64,000 nt of DNA. It comes from Eledone cirrhosa (taxonomy: Eukaryota). Below, piece after piece: positions 13,506 through 26,080 of this stretch (the first letter of the stretch is position 1; each line of letters opens with the position of its first letter). The stretch lies in NCBI GenBank assembly GCA_964016885.1, contig OZ024752.1:39122001-39186000 (forward strand). The letters are read 5' to 3'. Made by a program: the position numbers and the translations under genes. The notes under the pieces were generated by a model. It searched no databases. It was not told where the DNA came from and saw only the letters and a program-made list of their open reading frames with translations.

Positions 13506-13536
13506 ACGACGTTTCGGGCATAAACCCTTCATCAGG
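13506..13536 (-). ncRNA. Minimal Penelope-type hammerhead ribozyme motif
   Basis: Minus strand: C-CUGAUGA-A-GGGU uuau GCCC-GAAAC-GUC-G; canonical core, palindromic ACGU stem III, GUC triplet, very short stem I. Confidence 0.65.
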
Positions 13537-13655
13537 AGACAGGTGGGAAGGAAAAGAGTTCCGAGAGGGTGTGAGGGGGAGTGTGGTGGAAAGACATTAA
13601 AATAAAGGGAAACAAATTAAAATGAAAACAAGTGGTGACTGGGTGTTATTTATAC

Positions 13656-14298
<643 letters not shown>

Positions 14299-14555
14299 TA
14301 GGCCCACAAGGTCTGTTACCTGAGCTGAGTCAGATGATCCCATAGTAATGTCAAAATTGCTATCTCTATCTGCCCTAGTCCATAGTTGGTTATTAAATTC
14401 TATCAATGTTTTTCTTGCCGATAGTATAATGTGCATTTCATTGCTAGTTAGGTCTGTATGTTTGAATGCATAATTTAGTGCCTTATTTAGTAGGTTAGGG
14501 GTAATAGATGAATAGTAGTTAGCAATATCTAGTTGAATAAATTTATTATTATTGT
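14299..14555 (-). mobile_element. Penelope-like reverse transcriptase fragment
   Basis: [15 protein letters not shown]...IILSARKT...[19 protein letters not shown]; homologous to the RT at 25550-25780; embedded in (TA)n. Confidence 0.85.
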
Positions 14556-14643
14556 TATACAAATATATATATAGATATATATATATTTGTATATATATAT
14601 GTATCTATGTATGTGTGTGTGTGGTGACGTATCTATTTATATA

Positions 14644-14854
14644 CAGGGTGAGTCATAAGTAACCGGACAGTCAATGTTTTGCAAGGTTTCACAGATAACT
14701 TTTTGAACATCTGCTTATTTGTGTGTGATCAGCCATGGTTATATTTATTAAAACTACTTTTGTTTCGTGTATTTATAATTTCGTAAAGTATGAACAGAAT
14801 TTTAGTAAATATCATTTGGAATATAAATGTTGGACTACCCGGTTACTCACCCTG
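14644..14854. mobile_element. Tc1/mariner-type MITE
   Basis: TA|CAGGGTGAGT...ACTCACCCTG|TA. Confidence 0.75.
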
Positions 14855-14871
14855 TATAGAAATGTATTTTT

Positions 14872-16586
14872 GATATACAAATAGTACAAACAGACGACAA
14901 CAGATTTCCTCTTGCGGTTTATTGTATTATTATAATATATATATATATATATTTATAGTAGAATAATCGAGAATCGGAATATCAGCCCACGAAATCACGA
15001 TAAACAATATCCGATATATGTGGCAGAGGGCTCAATAATTTGGAAAAATCAGAGCTATAACTATCGTTAAAATACCAACACATAGAGATCATGCCTAAAA
15101 TCACCCATGCAGCCGAAAAAGAACGACCAGGAAGATTCGGGTCACTCAAATAAAATATCAATAAATTAATAAATTATATACAAATAGTACAAACAGACGA
15201 CAACAGATTTCCTCTTGCGGTTTATTGTATTATTATAATATATATATATTTATATACAAATAGTACAAACAGACGACAACAGATTTCCTGGCAACATGAC
15301 CCTCCCAAAGTATAACAATATAATATATATATATATATTTATATACAAATAGTACAAACAGACGACAACAGATTTCCTCTTGCGGTTTATTGTATTATTA
15401 TAATATATATATTCTCTTCATCATCTATATTAATGACATCACTGACATCATCAAACACAGCAACATTAAAATTTTCGCTGATGATTCCAAGCTCCAAAAG
15501 GTCATCAATGGCGTGGATGACCGGATAAGTCTTCAGTCAGACCTACTGGCTGTTACCCAATGGGCTGTTACCTACTGGCTGTTACCCACACGAAACAAGG
15601 TATCATGAAACTTGAAGCTCCTCAAAGGGCAATCACGAAAAAGATAGATGGCATGTCAGACCTTGACTACTGGGGTCGACTAGAAAAGCTGAAACTTTAC
15701 TCACTCCAACGTCGCCGTGAGCGTTATATTATCTGCATGATGTGGAAAATGTTCCATCATCACTGCCCAAATGATGTTGGCATCGCCTTCAAGATACACC
15801 CAAGGCTTGGGCCCCGTGCTATCCGTCCCATACAAAAATCTAAATCGCAACTCATAACAGCAATACGGCACAATTATTTCACCTCAATCGGCCCTGCTCT
15901 CTTCAACATCACACCAGGACACGTCAAAACAGAAACTGACCACACAAAATTCAAGAAGTCTTTGGACAAATTCCTCCAAGTAATCCCGGACAAACCACCC
16001 ACACCCGGATATGTGTCCGCAAACAGTAATTCTCTTCTCGAATGGGCCATGGTGCCCAAATCCTGAATTGAAAGACTTCGCCAGGTGGTGCTATTAAGTT
16101 AGACATGGCCAGGGCCAATACTGGCCAAAACATTTCAAAGTTATTCAAAGTTATATATATATATTTATATACAAATAGTACAAACAGACGACAACAGATT
16201 TCCTGGCAACATGACCCTCCCAAAGTATAACAATATAATATATATATATATATATTTATATACAAATAGTACAAACAGACGATAACAGATTTCCTCTTGC
16301 GGTTTTTTGTATTATTATAATATATATATATATATATTTATATACAAATAGTACAAACAGACGACAACAGATTTCCTGGCAACATGACCCTCCCAAAGTA
16401 TAACAATATAATATATATATATATATTTATATACAAATAGTACAAACAGACGACAACAGATTTCCTGGCAACATGACCCTCCCAAAGTATAACAATATAA
16501 TATATATATATATATTTATATACAAATAGTACAAACAGACGACAACAGATTTCCTGGCAACATGACCCTCCCAAAGTATAACAATA

Positions 16587-16619
<33 letters not shown>

Positions 16620-16680
16620 AATAGTACAAACAGACGATAACAGATTTCCTCTTGCGGTTTATTGTATTATTATAATATAC
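14872..16680 (+). repeat. Tandem units of about 80 bp (two variants) punctuated by (TA)n and interrupted by other elements
   Basis: tacaaatagtacaaacagacgacaacagatttcct followed by either cttgcggtttattg or ggcaacatgaccctcccaaagtataacaat; copies at 14872-15410 and 16165-16680. Confidence 0.85.
15410..16153 (+). mobile_element. CR1/L2-group LINE 3' fragment with an internal deletion
   Basis: LFIIYINDI...IKIFADDSKL...LQSDL, then KLEAPQRAITKKIDGMSDLDYWGRLEKLKLYSLQRRRERY; tail ttcaaagttattcaaagtta. Confidence 0.85.
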
Positions 16681-16789
16681 GAACTTACTGTGACATTTGA
16701 CTTCGTGGTTTATTTACTTTAATACTTAAGTACAATACTTATATTTGCCGCCATTTTTGTCTGCATGGGTACACAATGTGTGTGTGCGC

Positions 16790-16858
<69 letters not shown>

Positions 16859-16889
16859 GTGTATGTGATATATCATAATCCAATCCAAT

Positions 16890-17215
16890 CCAAGACCTTC
16901 TCACTCCTGTTGGAGGAACCCTCCCTAGTTGACCTCCTCTGCTTCCTGTTAGATTTTGGTCGGATCAGGAGTGTGGTCGTACTCACCACGCTTGGCTAGT
17001 TGTAGGTTGGTGAGGCTACTTAACCCATGGTTGGGGTGGACGGTCTTTGACTCTGAGAAGTTCATCCGCTGTTTTACAGCTCTTGCTTTTTTGTGTTGCT
17101 GGGGTACCACATATCCCCCCCACCACCCCATCCAACCAGGGTCTAGCGGGGTAGCCGGTTTAGTCGCCGATCATGAAATAGGACGTACTGGGTTACATGG
17201 TTCCAGTATTAGATA
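16890..17215 (-). mobile_element. Dispersed retroposon fragment related to 22600-22880 (+)
   Basis: gggtagccggtttagtcgccga...actgggttacatg matches, in reverse complement, catgtatcccagt...ggcgactaaactggcaacccc. Confidence 0.55.
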
Positions 17216-17409
17216 GAAGCCTGACCTGACATATTATATACCACACACACACATGTGTTGTGTTCTTGAGCTAAACACTCCATTTTCACGTTGCTCCAGT
17301 ATAACTCAACTGAAACAGTACCAACAGCAATAGCTGGAGTTTAACCCTGCGATGGACTGGCGTCAAGCGTTTAATAATGGGCCACATTGTTAGGTCTTTT
17401 AAGTACGGT

Positions 17410-17745
17410 TACTCAATAGAGTGCATAACTCGGAGATCAGAAAGTCGCTCCAGGTAGAGCCCCTACTTCTCTAAATTGAAAGACCACAACTCCAATATTA
17501 CGGGTATGTGGTTAGAATGCCCCAGGAAAGAATCGCTGGACAGATTTTACGGGCAAAACCAACCGGCAGGAGATCCAGAGGTAGACCCCCCCCGAGCTAG
17601 TTGGTTGAATAACATCCATGAGATCGGCTGGTCGCGCTTGGGGATCCAACCGGATCGATTGGAAACGGTTGCTTCTGACAGGACCCGCTGGAAGGAGTGT
17701 TTGAGCCCCTAACGACCCTTTCAGGACAAAGAAGAAGATGAAGGG
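17410..17745 (+). mobile_element. RTE LINE 3' fragment
   Basis: Frameshifted ...AKPTGRRSRGRP.RASWLNNIHEIGWSRLGIQPDRLETVASDRTRWKECL; (GAA)-like tail. Confidence 0.8.
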
Positions 17746-18187
17746 TTTTTTTTACCGAGAACGATCAACGACATCAACAAGACTACATATCTAACTTACT
17801 TATACTTTTGTTGTTTGGCCGCGGGCGCAGCACTCCTGCCTCTTTGCCCTTGGCCCAAAGCCCAATCACCCTCTCCACACCCTTCTCTTCTGTGACACCA
17901 GAGCTCTTGCCATCCCGTCCCTTTCCCGTTGTTTTTCTTCTTTCTTTCTCTCTTTTTTGTGTTCTATATTTCCCTATTTTTTCTTTCCTTTTGTTCCCCC
18001 TTCTTTATTTTTTCTTACTAAATAAGGTTCGTTTTTTTGGAGCGCTTTTGAATAAATAACATTCAACACGAAAATAAATATTCTTTTTTAAAACTGCCAT
18101 GTTATAAGTGTTAACATAAATAACAGCCATGTGGCTGGTATCGATTCTGTTGATTATATTCCTGCTCTACAATGCAAGCAAGCATTT

Positions 18188-18374
18188 GGATTGGCAGTAT
18201 CGGTAGAGGGTCGGACGCCATGCTTTGCAGCAAAGAATTATGGACCTTTATGATCTGAGTTCAAATCCTGCCGAGGTTAACTTTGCCTTTCATCCTTACG
18301 GGGTCAATAAAATAAAGCACCAGTAATACACTGGGATAATTGCTGGCCTTGTGCCAAATGTAGAAACAATTATT
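18188..18374 (+). mobile_element. Near full-length Meta-like tRNA SINE (reference copy)
   Basis: A-box-like tggcagtatcggtag, B-box gagttcaaatcc, central gcctttcatccttacggggtcaataaaataaagcaccag resembling the MetaSINE domain. Confidence 0.85.
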
Positions 18375-19587
18375 TCATTGGCAATAATCGGTAGAGCGTC
18401 AGACAATATCCATTGTGGTATATAGTTACGTCTCTTTACGTTGGGATTCTGGGTCTTCTGGGTTGTGGTAACAATGTTTCTTGAATTATTGTTGCAAGGA
18501 CCCTATATTTGATGATTACATCTTATATATCTATAAAGGTGTTTTTAATTCTGTTAATCATCCATCGTAGAATTTTGAAATATTTATGCCATGTTTACAA
18601 AGTTTATTTTTATATGTGAAGCATGTAATGTTAAATGTATTCTATATATTTGGAAGAGGTAAAGAAGGTTTTTACCATTGTTGCTGTTATTGTTGTAGTC
18701 ATTGTTATCTTTCCTATAGAGTGGAATATTTTTTTTTATGAGTATTGATAAATAGCATTGTTTGGTCGTGTTTATGTGTATATTTTGTAGTCTTTGTAAG
18801 ATTAGTTATTTTTATAGCTGTTTTACATCTTTCAACGATCTTCACACATGATGATAAATATCTATTTCTGTGTTGAAAAAAAAAACATCGTTCGACTAGA
18901 ATTAAAGCCGTGACCACCATGTCTTCTTTTGTGGCGTATTATGTTTCTTATTAGTTTATCCTATATTTTCAAACATTTTAAGATTGTAATATTTGAGGAA
19001 ACTTTGGCAAGCAATTTATTGTAGGTTAAACGACTGCCAAGTGGCTTCATCATCGGGATATTTGCTTGCCGTAACATGAGGAAATATTTAATGTTTTGGG
19101 CAGAGTCGTCCACCGGAGCCTTCATCAATGTTTAGTTACATATTCTACAGCATTGCTATATTTTGTTTATCTAGCGTATGTCAAGAAGGAAAAGGGTTTT
19201 CCTTGCAATTTGCATTTCTCTGAATTTGGAGATTTCCTCGAAAAAAGTTTCATCAATAATCTCAATAATTTTATTTTTATAATTATATTTTCCAAATTTT
19301 GTTTTAAATATGCAATCAAAATATGGAAACGTGCCACATCAACAGTTTTATGGACGAAACTGCATTTAGATATTGTCTGGAAGCCATTTTCTAGTCTTGG
19401 ATCGGTCAACATATTTCGTCTCATGCTATTAATGTTATTGAGAAAAAAAAAAAAAATGTTAAGATGGCGTACAGTTAACGACACGCCATCTCTTGTAAAC
19501 CCGAGTCATGTTTTGTCAAAATACTATGTCAAATTAAAAAGCAAGTTTTTTTTCTTCTCCTTTCTACAGCTTTCAACCACTCACAGA

Positions 19588-19688
19588 ATGAACAGAATCG
19601 TTTTGCTAATATTAATAATATCCTATGCTACTGTCGCCATGACTTTGACACTAGAACCATTGGTTGGTCCATCGGAAAGAGAATCCAC
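19588..19688 (+). CDS. Calcitonin-like neuropeptide precursor, first coding exon (signal peptide and start of propeptide)
   Basis: Acceptor ttttttttcttctcctttctacag ends at 19569; ATG at 19588; encodes MNRIVLLILIISYATVAMTLTLEPLVGPSERES plus AC (basic N-terminus, hydrophobic core, small residues near TVA); donor CAC|gtaagt at 19688/19689, phase 2. Confidence 0.85.
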
Positions 19689-19927
19689 GTAAGTTGACAT
19701 TTTTTTAATTTTTGTCGATTTTTATCCAAAGTGTTGATCTACGAAGGTCAAAAGCTATTAAGAAATGAAAACAAAATACCAACTGATATTACCGATTTTA
19801 TTTCTATTTCATTTCGATTTTCATTTAATCGACTTCGATTTTCGTCTAACCGATTTCTTTTGGGTTGATTAAGTTAAATGGGGAGAATGATGACAGTGAT
19901 GTATAATTTAGGGGAAACGAAATATAA

Positions 19928-20118
19928 TAATTCTTTCTACTTTTGGCACAAGGCCAGCAATTACCCAGTGCGCTACTGTTACTTTATTTTATCGACCTCC
20001 GCAAGGATGAAAGGCAAAGTTAACTTCGGCAGGATTTGAACTCAGTCCGTAAAGGGACGTAACTCTATGCTGGGAATCATGGCGTCCGACTCTCTACCGA
20101 TACTGCCAACCCACCGCA
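19928..20118 (-). mobile_element. Meta-like SINE with 14-bp TSD
   Basis: TSD ggaaacgaaatata on both sides. Further copies at about 10910-11050, 23878-24045, 26967-27152, 34340-34523, 48765-48905 and 50635-50820. Confidence 0.85.
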
Positions 20119-20364
20119 CCGGAAACGAAATATATTAATGATAAACAACAAAGAAAAAAGAGATATACAGAAGAACAATATATTATTTAAAAGAAAGGAA
20201 AAAAAAAAAAATGATAGGATTTGCGATGGTACACACGAATAAGGAGGAATATAGATATTGGCCGAAGTGGCAAGTAAAGTGTGAGAGTGATAAGGCCAAA
20301 GACGAACGCTAAACTGAGAGGACACACGCACACACACACACACAGACACACACACAGAGACACA

Positions 20365-20401
<37 letters not shown>

Positions 20402-21194
20402 ACACAGACACACACACACACACAGAGGCATGTATGCATGCACACATACAATTAATTTACGTTTGTGCAAAGTTTGGTTTTCTTTTCAACATTCCTTCGT
20501 TATTTTTTTAACGAATGATATAAACTTATATGAAAATAAAAACATCATGTATTCGCAGCCATTCTATTACAAAATGCTGAGGGGATAAAGTTAACATATA
20601 TAAAACCTTGACGGCACATTGTATCTTTATTGTATAAATTTACAGAAGAATAACGTTGCAAGTATGTTTTAACTAAATTCATAAATAACATAAATGCGTA
20701 AATAACACCAAAAATTGCTCGCAATTCATTCAGAAGGACAAATATGTCAAAACTGTATATAATGACACAAAAAGATAAATTCATGAACAAAAATGATAAA
20801 GGAAAGAAAGAAGGGAAGACAAAAAGAAAAAAAAAAGGGGGTAGTGGTGGCGGTGGCAATTCACCACCAAGTGCGACAATTGGCAACACCTCGCACCTTG
20901 AGAGTTAACCTTGTATCTTCCAAGAGATACGAGGTTCAATTCCTCGTAACAGCTGATGGCAACTTTCTCCGTCCTTAAGGATCTTCATCCTATTTTATAA
21001 GCTATTTTATGGCACCTCCGCATATAAGCACACCGCTCTTTATATTACTATGTAAAGATATATACTCTTTTTCTCAAATTTTTTTTCTCTCAAATCTCTA
21101 CTCTATTTAATAAATGACGGTGTGAGTAATATCATGAATCGTTTTAGTCCAATACAGACGTAGTGAATTTATTTACTAATTTTTATTAATAAAT

Positions 21195-22250
21195 CTTAGC
21201 TATACAGACGATCTGGCCATCATGAGTTACTCTAGAACTGATCTGCAAGACTTTCTGTATATACTGGCCAAACATTCGCTGGAGGCTGGCTTACACATCA
21301 ACATCTCCAAAACAAAATGTATGACAACTGATAAAAACAATGCCAATCTCCAACTCACAATCTACAACCAGCAAATTGCTCAAGTTACGGAGTTTGTATA
21401 TCTCGGTCACAAACTATCATCAAACAACAATGGAATGGTTGCTACGCAATATCGAATCGCTCTAGGTTGGGCAGCTTTCAACAAGAACAAAGAAGTACTA
21501 ACATCAAAACGGGTTTTGGCTAAGATCTTTGATACTTACATCCTACCAGTTGTGTTATATGGTCTTATCTGTGTTAATTGGACGACAAGGTCGCTTCAGA
21601 AGCTCCCTACATTCCAGAACCACATCATGAGACTTATGACTGGCAAACGGCTCAGCGACCGTATCTGTATCAGTGAGCTGCTCAACATTACCAGACTTAG
21701 ACCAATTACATCAATTGTCAAGTCAAGAGTACTCAAACTATACGGTCATATAAAAAGATCAACTCGTGGTGTGAGTAGGTTCTGCCTGGAAGGAAGGTTG
21801 GCTGGTAAGAGAAGCAGAAGCCGGCTGCCAAAATGATGGCTTGATAATGTCAACTTATGGAGTGGACTTGATCTTTGCTCTTTGAACTCTGCTGTTGGTC
21901 ATCGAAAGGTATTATATATTCCTGGAAGGAAGGTTGGCTGGTAAGAGAAGCAGAGGTCGGCAGCCAAAACGATGGCTTTACAATGTCAACTTATGAAACT
22001 GGACTTGATCTTTGCTCTTTGAACTCTGCTGTTGGTCATCGAAAGGTATTATATATTCCTGGAAGGAAGGTTGGCTGGTAAGAGAAGCAGAGGTCGGCAG
22101 CCAAAACGATGGCTTTACAATGTCAACTTATGGACTGAACTTGATCTTTGCTCTTTGAATTCTGCTGCTGGTGATCGAACTTTGTGGAGAGAGATATCAG
22201 ATGTTAATGCGCAGTCTGCAACTGGCGGAATTTAGTGTCACAAGAAGACA
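21195..22250 (+). mobile_element. RTE-group LINE 3' end (RT C-terminus) with a roughly 137-bp triplication
   Basis: LSYTDDLAIM...GLHINISKTKCM...EFVYLG...LKLYGHIKR...EGRLAGKRSR; repeat units start at 21785, 21921 and 22058. Confidence 0.85.
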
Positions 22251-23573
22251 TTTATATATTTTCAAATATTTACCTTCTGTTACATACAGTGACAAACTTA
22301 TTTTGACGTGTAACGCTGTAATATTTATCTACTGTTACCCACAGTAGAGGGTTTGAGAAAGTATCAGATTGGTGACTGGCGCGAATAAGACCACCAAAAC
22401 TGCAATATAGTGAGAAGTACGAAAAATAAGCGACAAACATCTATCTCCAAATTTATATATCTTTAACGGGTAACACTCTAGTATTTACTGTTACTCCCCG
22501 TAGCATACATTTATCTAAAAATCTGTGTATCGTATAACGTATGTATGTAGACATGCATAAATGTATGTATGTATGTATGTATGTATGTATGTATGTATGT
22601 CAGGTCACCAGTTGGTGCTACCGGTAACATGTATCCCAGTACAACCTGTCTCATGGTCGGGTCGTTGGCGACTAAACTGGCAACCCCACCAAGGTTTCTT
22701 GGTGAGGAGGGTGACTTTGGACATCCTGCAGGACTAAAAACAAGACCTGTCAAAGGGCAAAGGAGCTCTTAAGAGTCAATGGCCTTCCAAAATCACCGGG
22801 AGAGATGACCCCTTAGCCTTTGTCAAGGCAGAATTCTAGGAGAAGGAAAACTCTGATATAACACCTGCAACCCTGATGGTATCCAATGATGTTGACTTGT
22901 TCTTCTTTTTGGTAAATATCGTCTTGGTTAAGAGAGTGGGACTGGCTTTGTGCAGTGCCTTTGCTCACTATAAAAGCTTCACGGCACAGACATTGCTTTG
23001 TATCTGGAGATCTCTCTGCACTTGTTGTCACATAGTACCATGGGCCCAGCACTATGTGTCAGTAATTGTCACAAGTGTAGTGTTTGTACCAGAGTTTTCA
23101 AGTCGCTGGCTGGACTAAAAAGTCACACTCGTTCAGTGCATCGGTAAGGGTTCTCCTACATGGATATAAAGAAGTGGCCGTACTCGAAAACGAGTTGGCA
23201 GCCACCATGTATGTATGTATGTATATATATATATATATATATATACATACAATTCCCTAATGCATATACCAGTTGGCTACTAGCATTGATGTTATTCAGT
23301 AGCAGTCGAAATCTCCCCCTTCCTTAATTGCCACTTTATAATTAATACTACTACACTAAATGACCAGCCCTGTCCATTGTTCAATTGGTCAAATTTTTTA
23401 TTTAGATAAAATAAACCATTTACTCATTGTATTCTCATTAGAAACCCTTTATATACTTGTTTAGCAGTAAATTGAATTACCATCTGTCATATACTATCCC
23501 CTCTCCTCTTCCTCTATTACAACTAATATAAATACTTCAATTTTTCTGATTTTTTCCAATTTATCCAAAATCT

Positions 23574-23683
23574 CTGAAGAAGTGACAACTGATTATACAT
23601 TTGCTATCGAATACTTGCTCACATTATATGATTACGCAAGCAGCGATACATAGGTATTCCGTCTGTTACAGAAACATATGTCA
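23574..23683 (+). ncRNA. Degenerate hammerhead-like motif with a long stem II insertion
   Basis: CUGAAGA-A-GUGACA...UGUUAC-A-GAAACAUAUGUC; palindromic stem III and GUC triplet, stem I defective. Confidence 0.35.
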
Positions 23684-23733
23684 ATACCTAATAAATTCCT
23701 TTTCTTTAAAAAAAGCACTTTCATTTTATATTC

Positions 23734-23870
<137 letters not shown>

Positions 23871-24059
23871 GTATATATAATTGTTTCTACTTTAGGCACA
23901 AGGCCAGCAATTACCCAGTACATTACTGGTACTTTATGAAAGGCAAAGTTAACCTCGGCAGGAGTTGAACTCAGACTGTAAAGGGACGTAACTATGCTAG
24001 AAAGCATGGCGTCCGACCCTCTACCGATACTGCCCATTCACCGCCCTTTATATATACAC

Positions 24060-26080
24060 GTATGTATATATAATAGAAGAAAACGAAGAAGTTTCGTTTA
24101 CATATGAACAATATTTATTGCGTATCGACCTGTTACGTGCGTTTCGCAGAGGATTGACTCAAGGTGACCCATAGGAGTTATGGACCCGACGCCAGTATAC
24201 ATCTGCTCCTCGGATTAGTGATGCCACAATATATATATATATAACGGAGGAGTTGTGGTAAGGAACCAGATGGACCATAACGCACCAGAGTACTCAATAC
24301 TTAGGGTAGTAGAGTGGATAATAGAAGAGAGTATGACCCCGACGGCAGAGCTCAAGCCGTTTCGACAACTATTTCTGGACTAAAGTAAGAGTTTTTTAGT
24401 CTGGTAAATAAATAGCCGAACTTTTCAAAGGTAGTTCCTTATATGGAAAGATTGTAGTTGTCAAGGGGATTGGTCAAAATTTGTAGCAGACACAGAAAGG
24501 TCTATCATGGCAATGGGTGTGGGGTGGGGATGGCTGAACTTGCCTGTAGAACGATAGGGGAGTGGGTAAAGCCGGTCAAGCGTATTATCTTGGAGATCCC
24601 AGATATGGCCCGAAAGTGTGGTGACGGGTCGCTGGACCGGGTTTCGGAACGTATGTCGGTGTTGGTAGAGCCTGGTCTTAAAGTCACAAGCGGTTAATCC
24701 TATATAAGCTTTGTTGGAGGTGTCCGTCCTCACGTTGCACTGGTAGATCACGTTACATTCTCGGCATCTGTTGTTGAGGGGGCACGTAGATCCATCGGGG
24801 AAGTTACACTCCCTGGTCGGCTCTCCACTAATTTCTAGGTTGTTTCTTCCATAAGGGTTGAGATTTTTGTTGTTTGAGGAGACGATGTTTTGTGCGAAGT
24901 TGGGTGTGGTGCTGTAGGATAGCTTGATCGTGTTTTTGAGGATTATGTTGTGGTAGCGGTGTTGTGGTGGAAAGTGTTTTTCGAGGAGCCTAAAGAAGAT
25001 TTTCCCGATAGGTGTTGCCACCTCGGCATTGTGGGGAGGATTGAACCACGTTACGTGGCCTGAGCGGCGGCGTCGCCTGCCTCTTCCGCTAAGGAAAGCT
25101 GGATAAAAGGATATTTCCTCCCGGAAGCCACCCCGCTTGAGGGTCTGGTTGTAATGAGGCGCATGTTCCTCGAATATCTGTTCATTAGCGGACAAACGAG
25201 ATATGCGGAGGGAGATGTTTTTAACCAGATTTTTGGTGATGTTTCTAGGATGGTTAGAGCGGCGGTGGATGTAGTGCAGGTTGTCGTTTGGTTTCCTGTA
25301 TGGGTAGTACAGGTCATTTTCAAGGTTGAGGGCAACGTCCAGGAAATTTACTCGGGTTAGGGACGTTTGTAGGGTGATTTTAAATCGTCAGCCCCGGAAA
25401 AAGCTGATAAGTTGTTTACGGACACGGTGTGTACTACTGGGGTTGTACCTTTTGAGGGTAAGGAGCCCATCGTCTCGGTACAATCCACCGCCGAATGCGG
25501 GAAACATGTCGGTGAGTTTAAATAGTAGGAATAATCCTATAAGGTCGGTGACCTCGGCCTAATCGGTCGCGCCCATGCTGACGTCGAAGGGGGAGTCGGG
25601 AGCTCTCTTTATCCACTTGGAGTTGTCGAAAAGTAGGACTGTCTTCCTGGCGTGGAGGATGATATTTCTTTCCTGGTCGGTGATGGGCGCGAGTGTTTCG
25701 GCAAAGTCCAAGGCGGCCCTAAGGAGCGATAAGGTAATAGATGCATAGTAACTCTCTATGTCAAACTGGATGAATTTTGTGTCCCGTTTGCCCTCAATAT
25801 TCCTGAACCATGAGATTACTTCCTGGGTGCTAACGCATAGGCTAAGTCTCGCGTTTTGCTTAACTTTTGGTATAACGTGGTCTAGGATTTTTTTTACTGA
25901 TTCTCCCTATGTCCGACTTCTGATGGATGGTTTGCGGTCGAATTCGGATTTGTGGTTCTTCAGTGTGAAGTAGGGAATCCGTGGGTCGAGGGGTTCAGTG
26001 CGGTCTGCGACCCCGAGGCTAGAGGTAAGTTGTTGTCCTTCTAGATTTATGTCCTCGATAATTGAGTGGTTAGCCTTTTT
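24060..26080 (-). mobile_element. Decayed Penelope-like element (RT plus C-terminal GIY-YIG), 5'-truncated, inside an intron of the calcitonin-like gene
   Basis: FIQFDIESYY, FDVSMGA, GLYRDDGL, VNFLDV, YRKPND, SNHP, WFNPP, IKLSYS, CPLNNRC...VIYQC...YIGLT...FKTRLYQH; contains stops and frameshifts; hammerhead motifs in the 3' region. Confidence 0.92.
24337..24432 (-). ncRNA. Type I hammerhead motif with U3:A8 core and extended stem II, in the Penelope 3' region
   Basis: Minus strand: CCU-UUGAAAA-GuuCGGCUAUUU..GACUAAA/UUUAGUC..AAAUAGUUGuC-GAAAC GGC uugagcucu GCC GUC-GGG. Confidence 0.6.

Noticed and set aside
19096-19587. N-terminal part of the 198-aa ORF
   Set aside because: AT-rich intron sequence upstream of a strong acceptor at 19569; only 19588-19688 looks coding.
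25385-25395. In-frame TGA in the Penelope RT as selenocysteine
   Set aside because: The copy has other stops and frameshifts and the position does not look like a conserved Cys, so decay is the simpler explanation.
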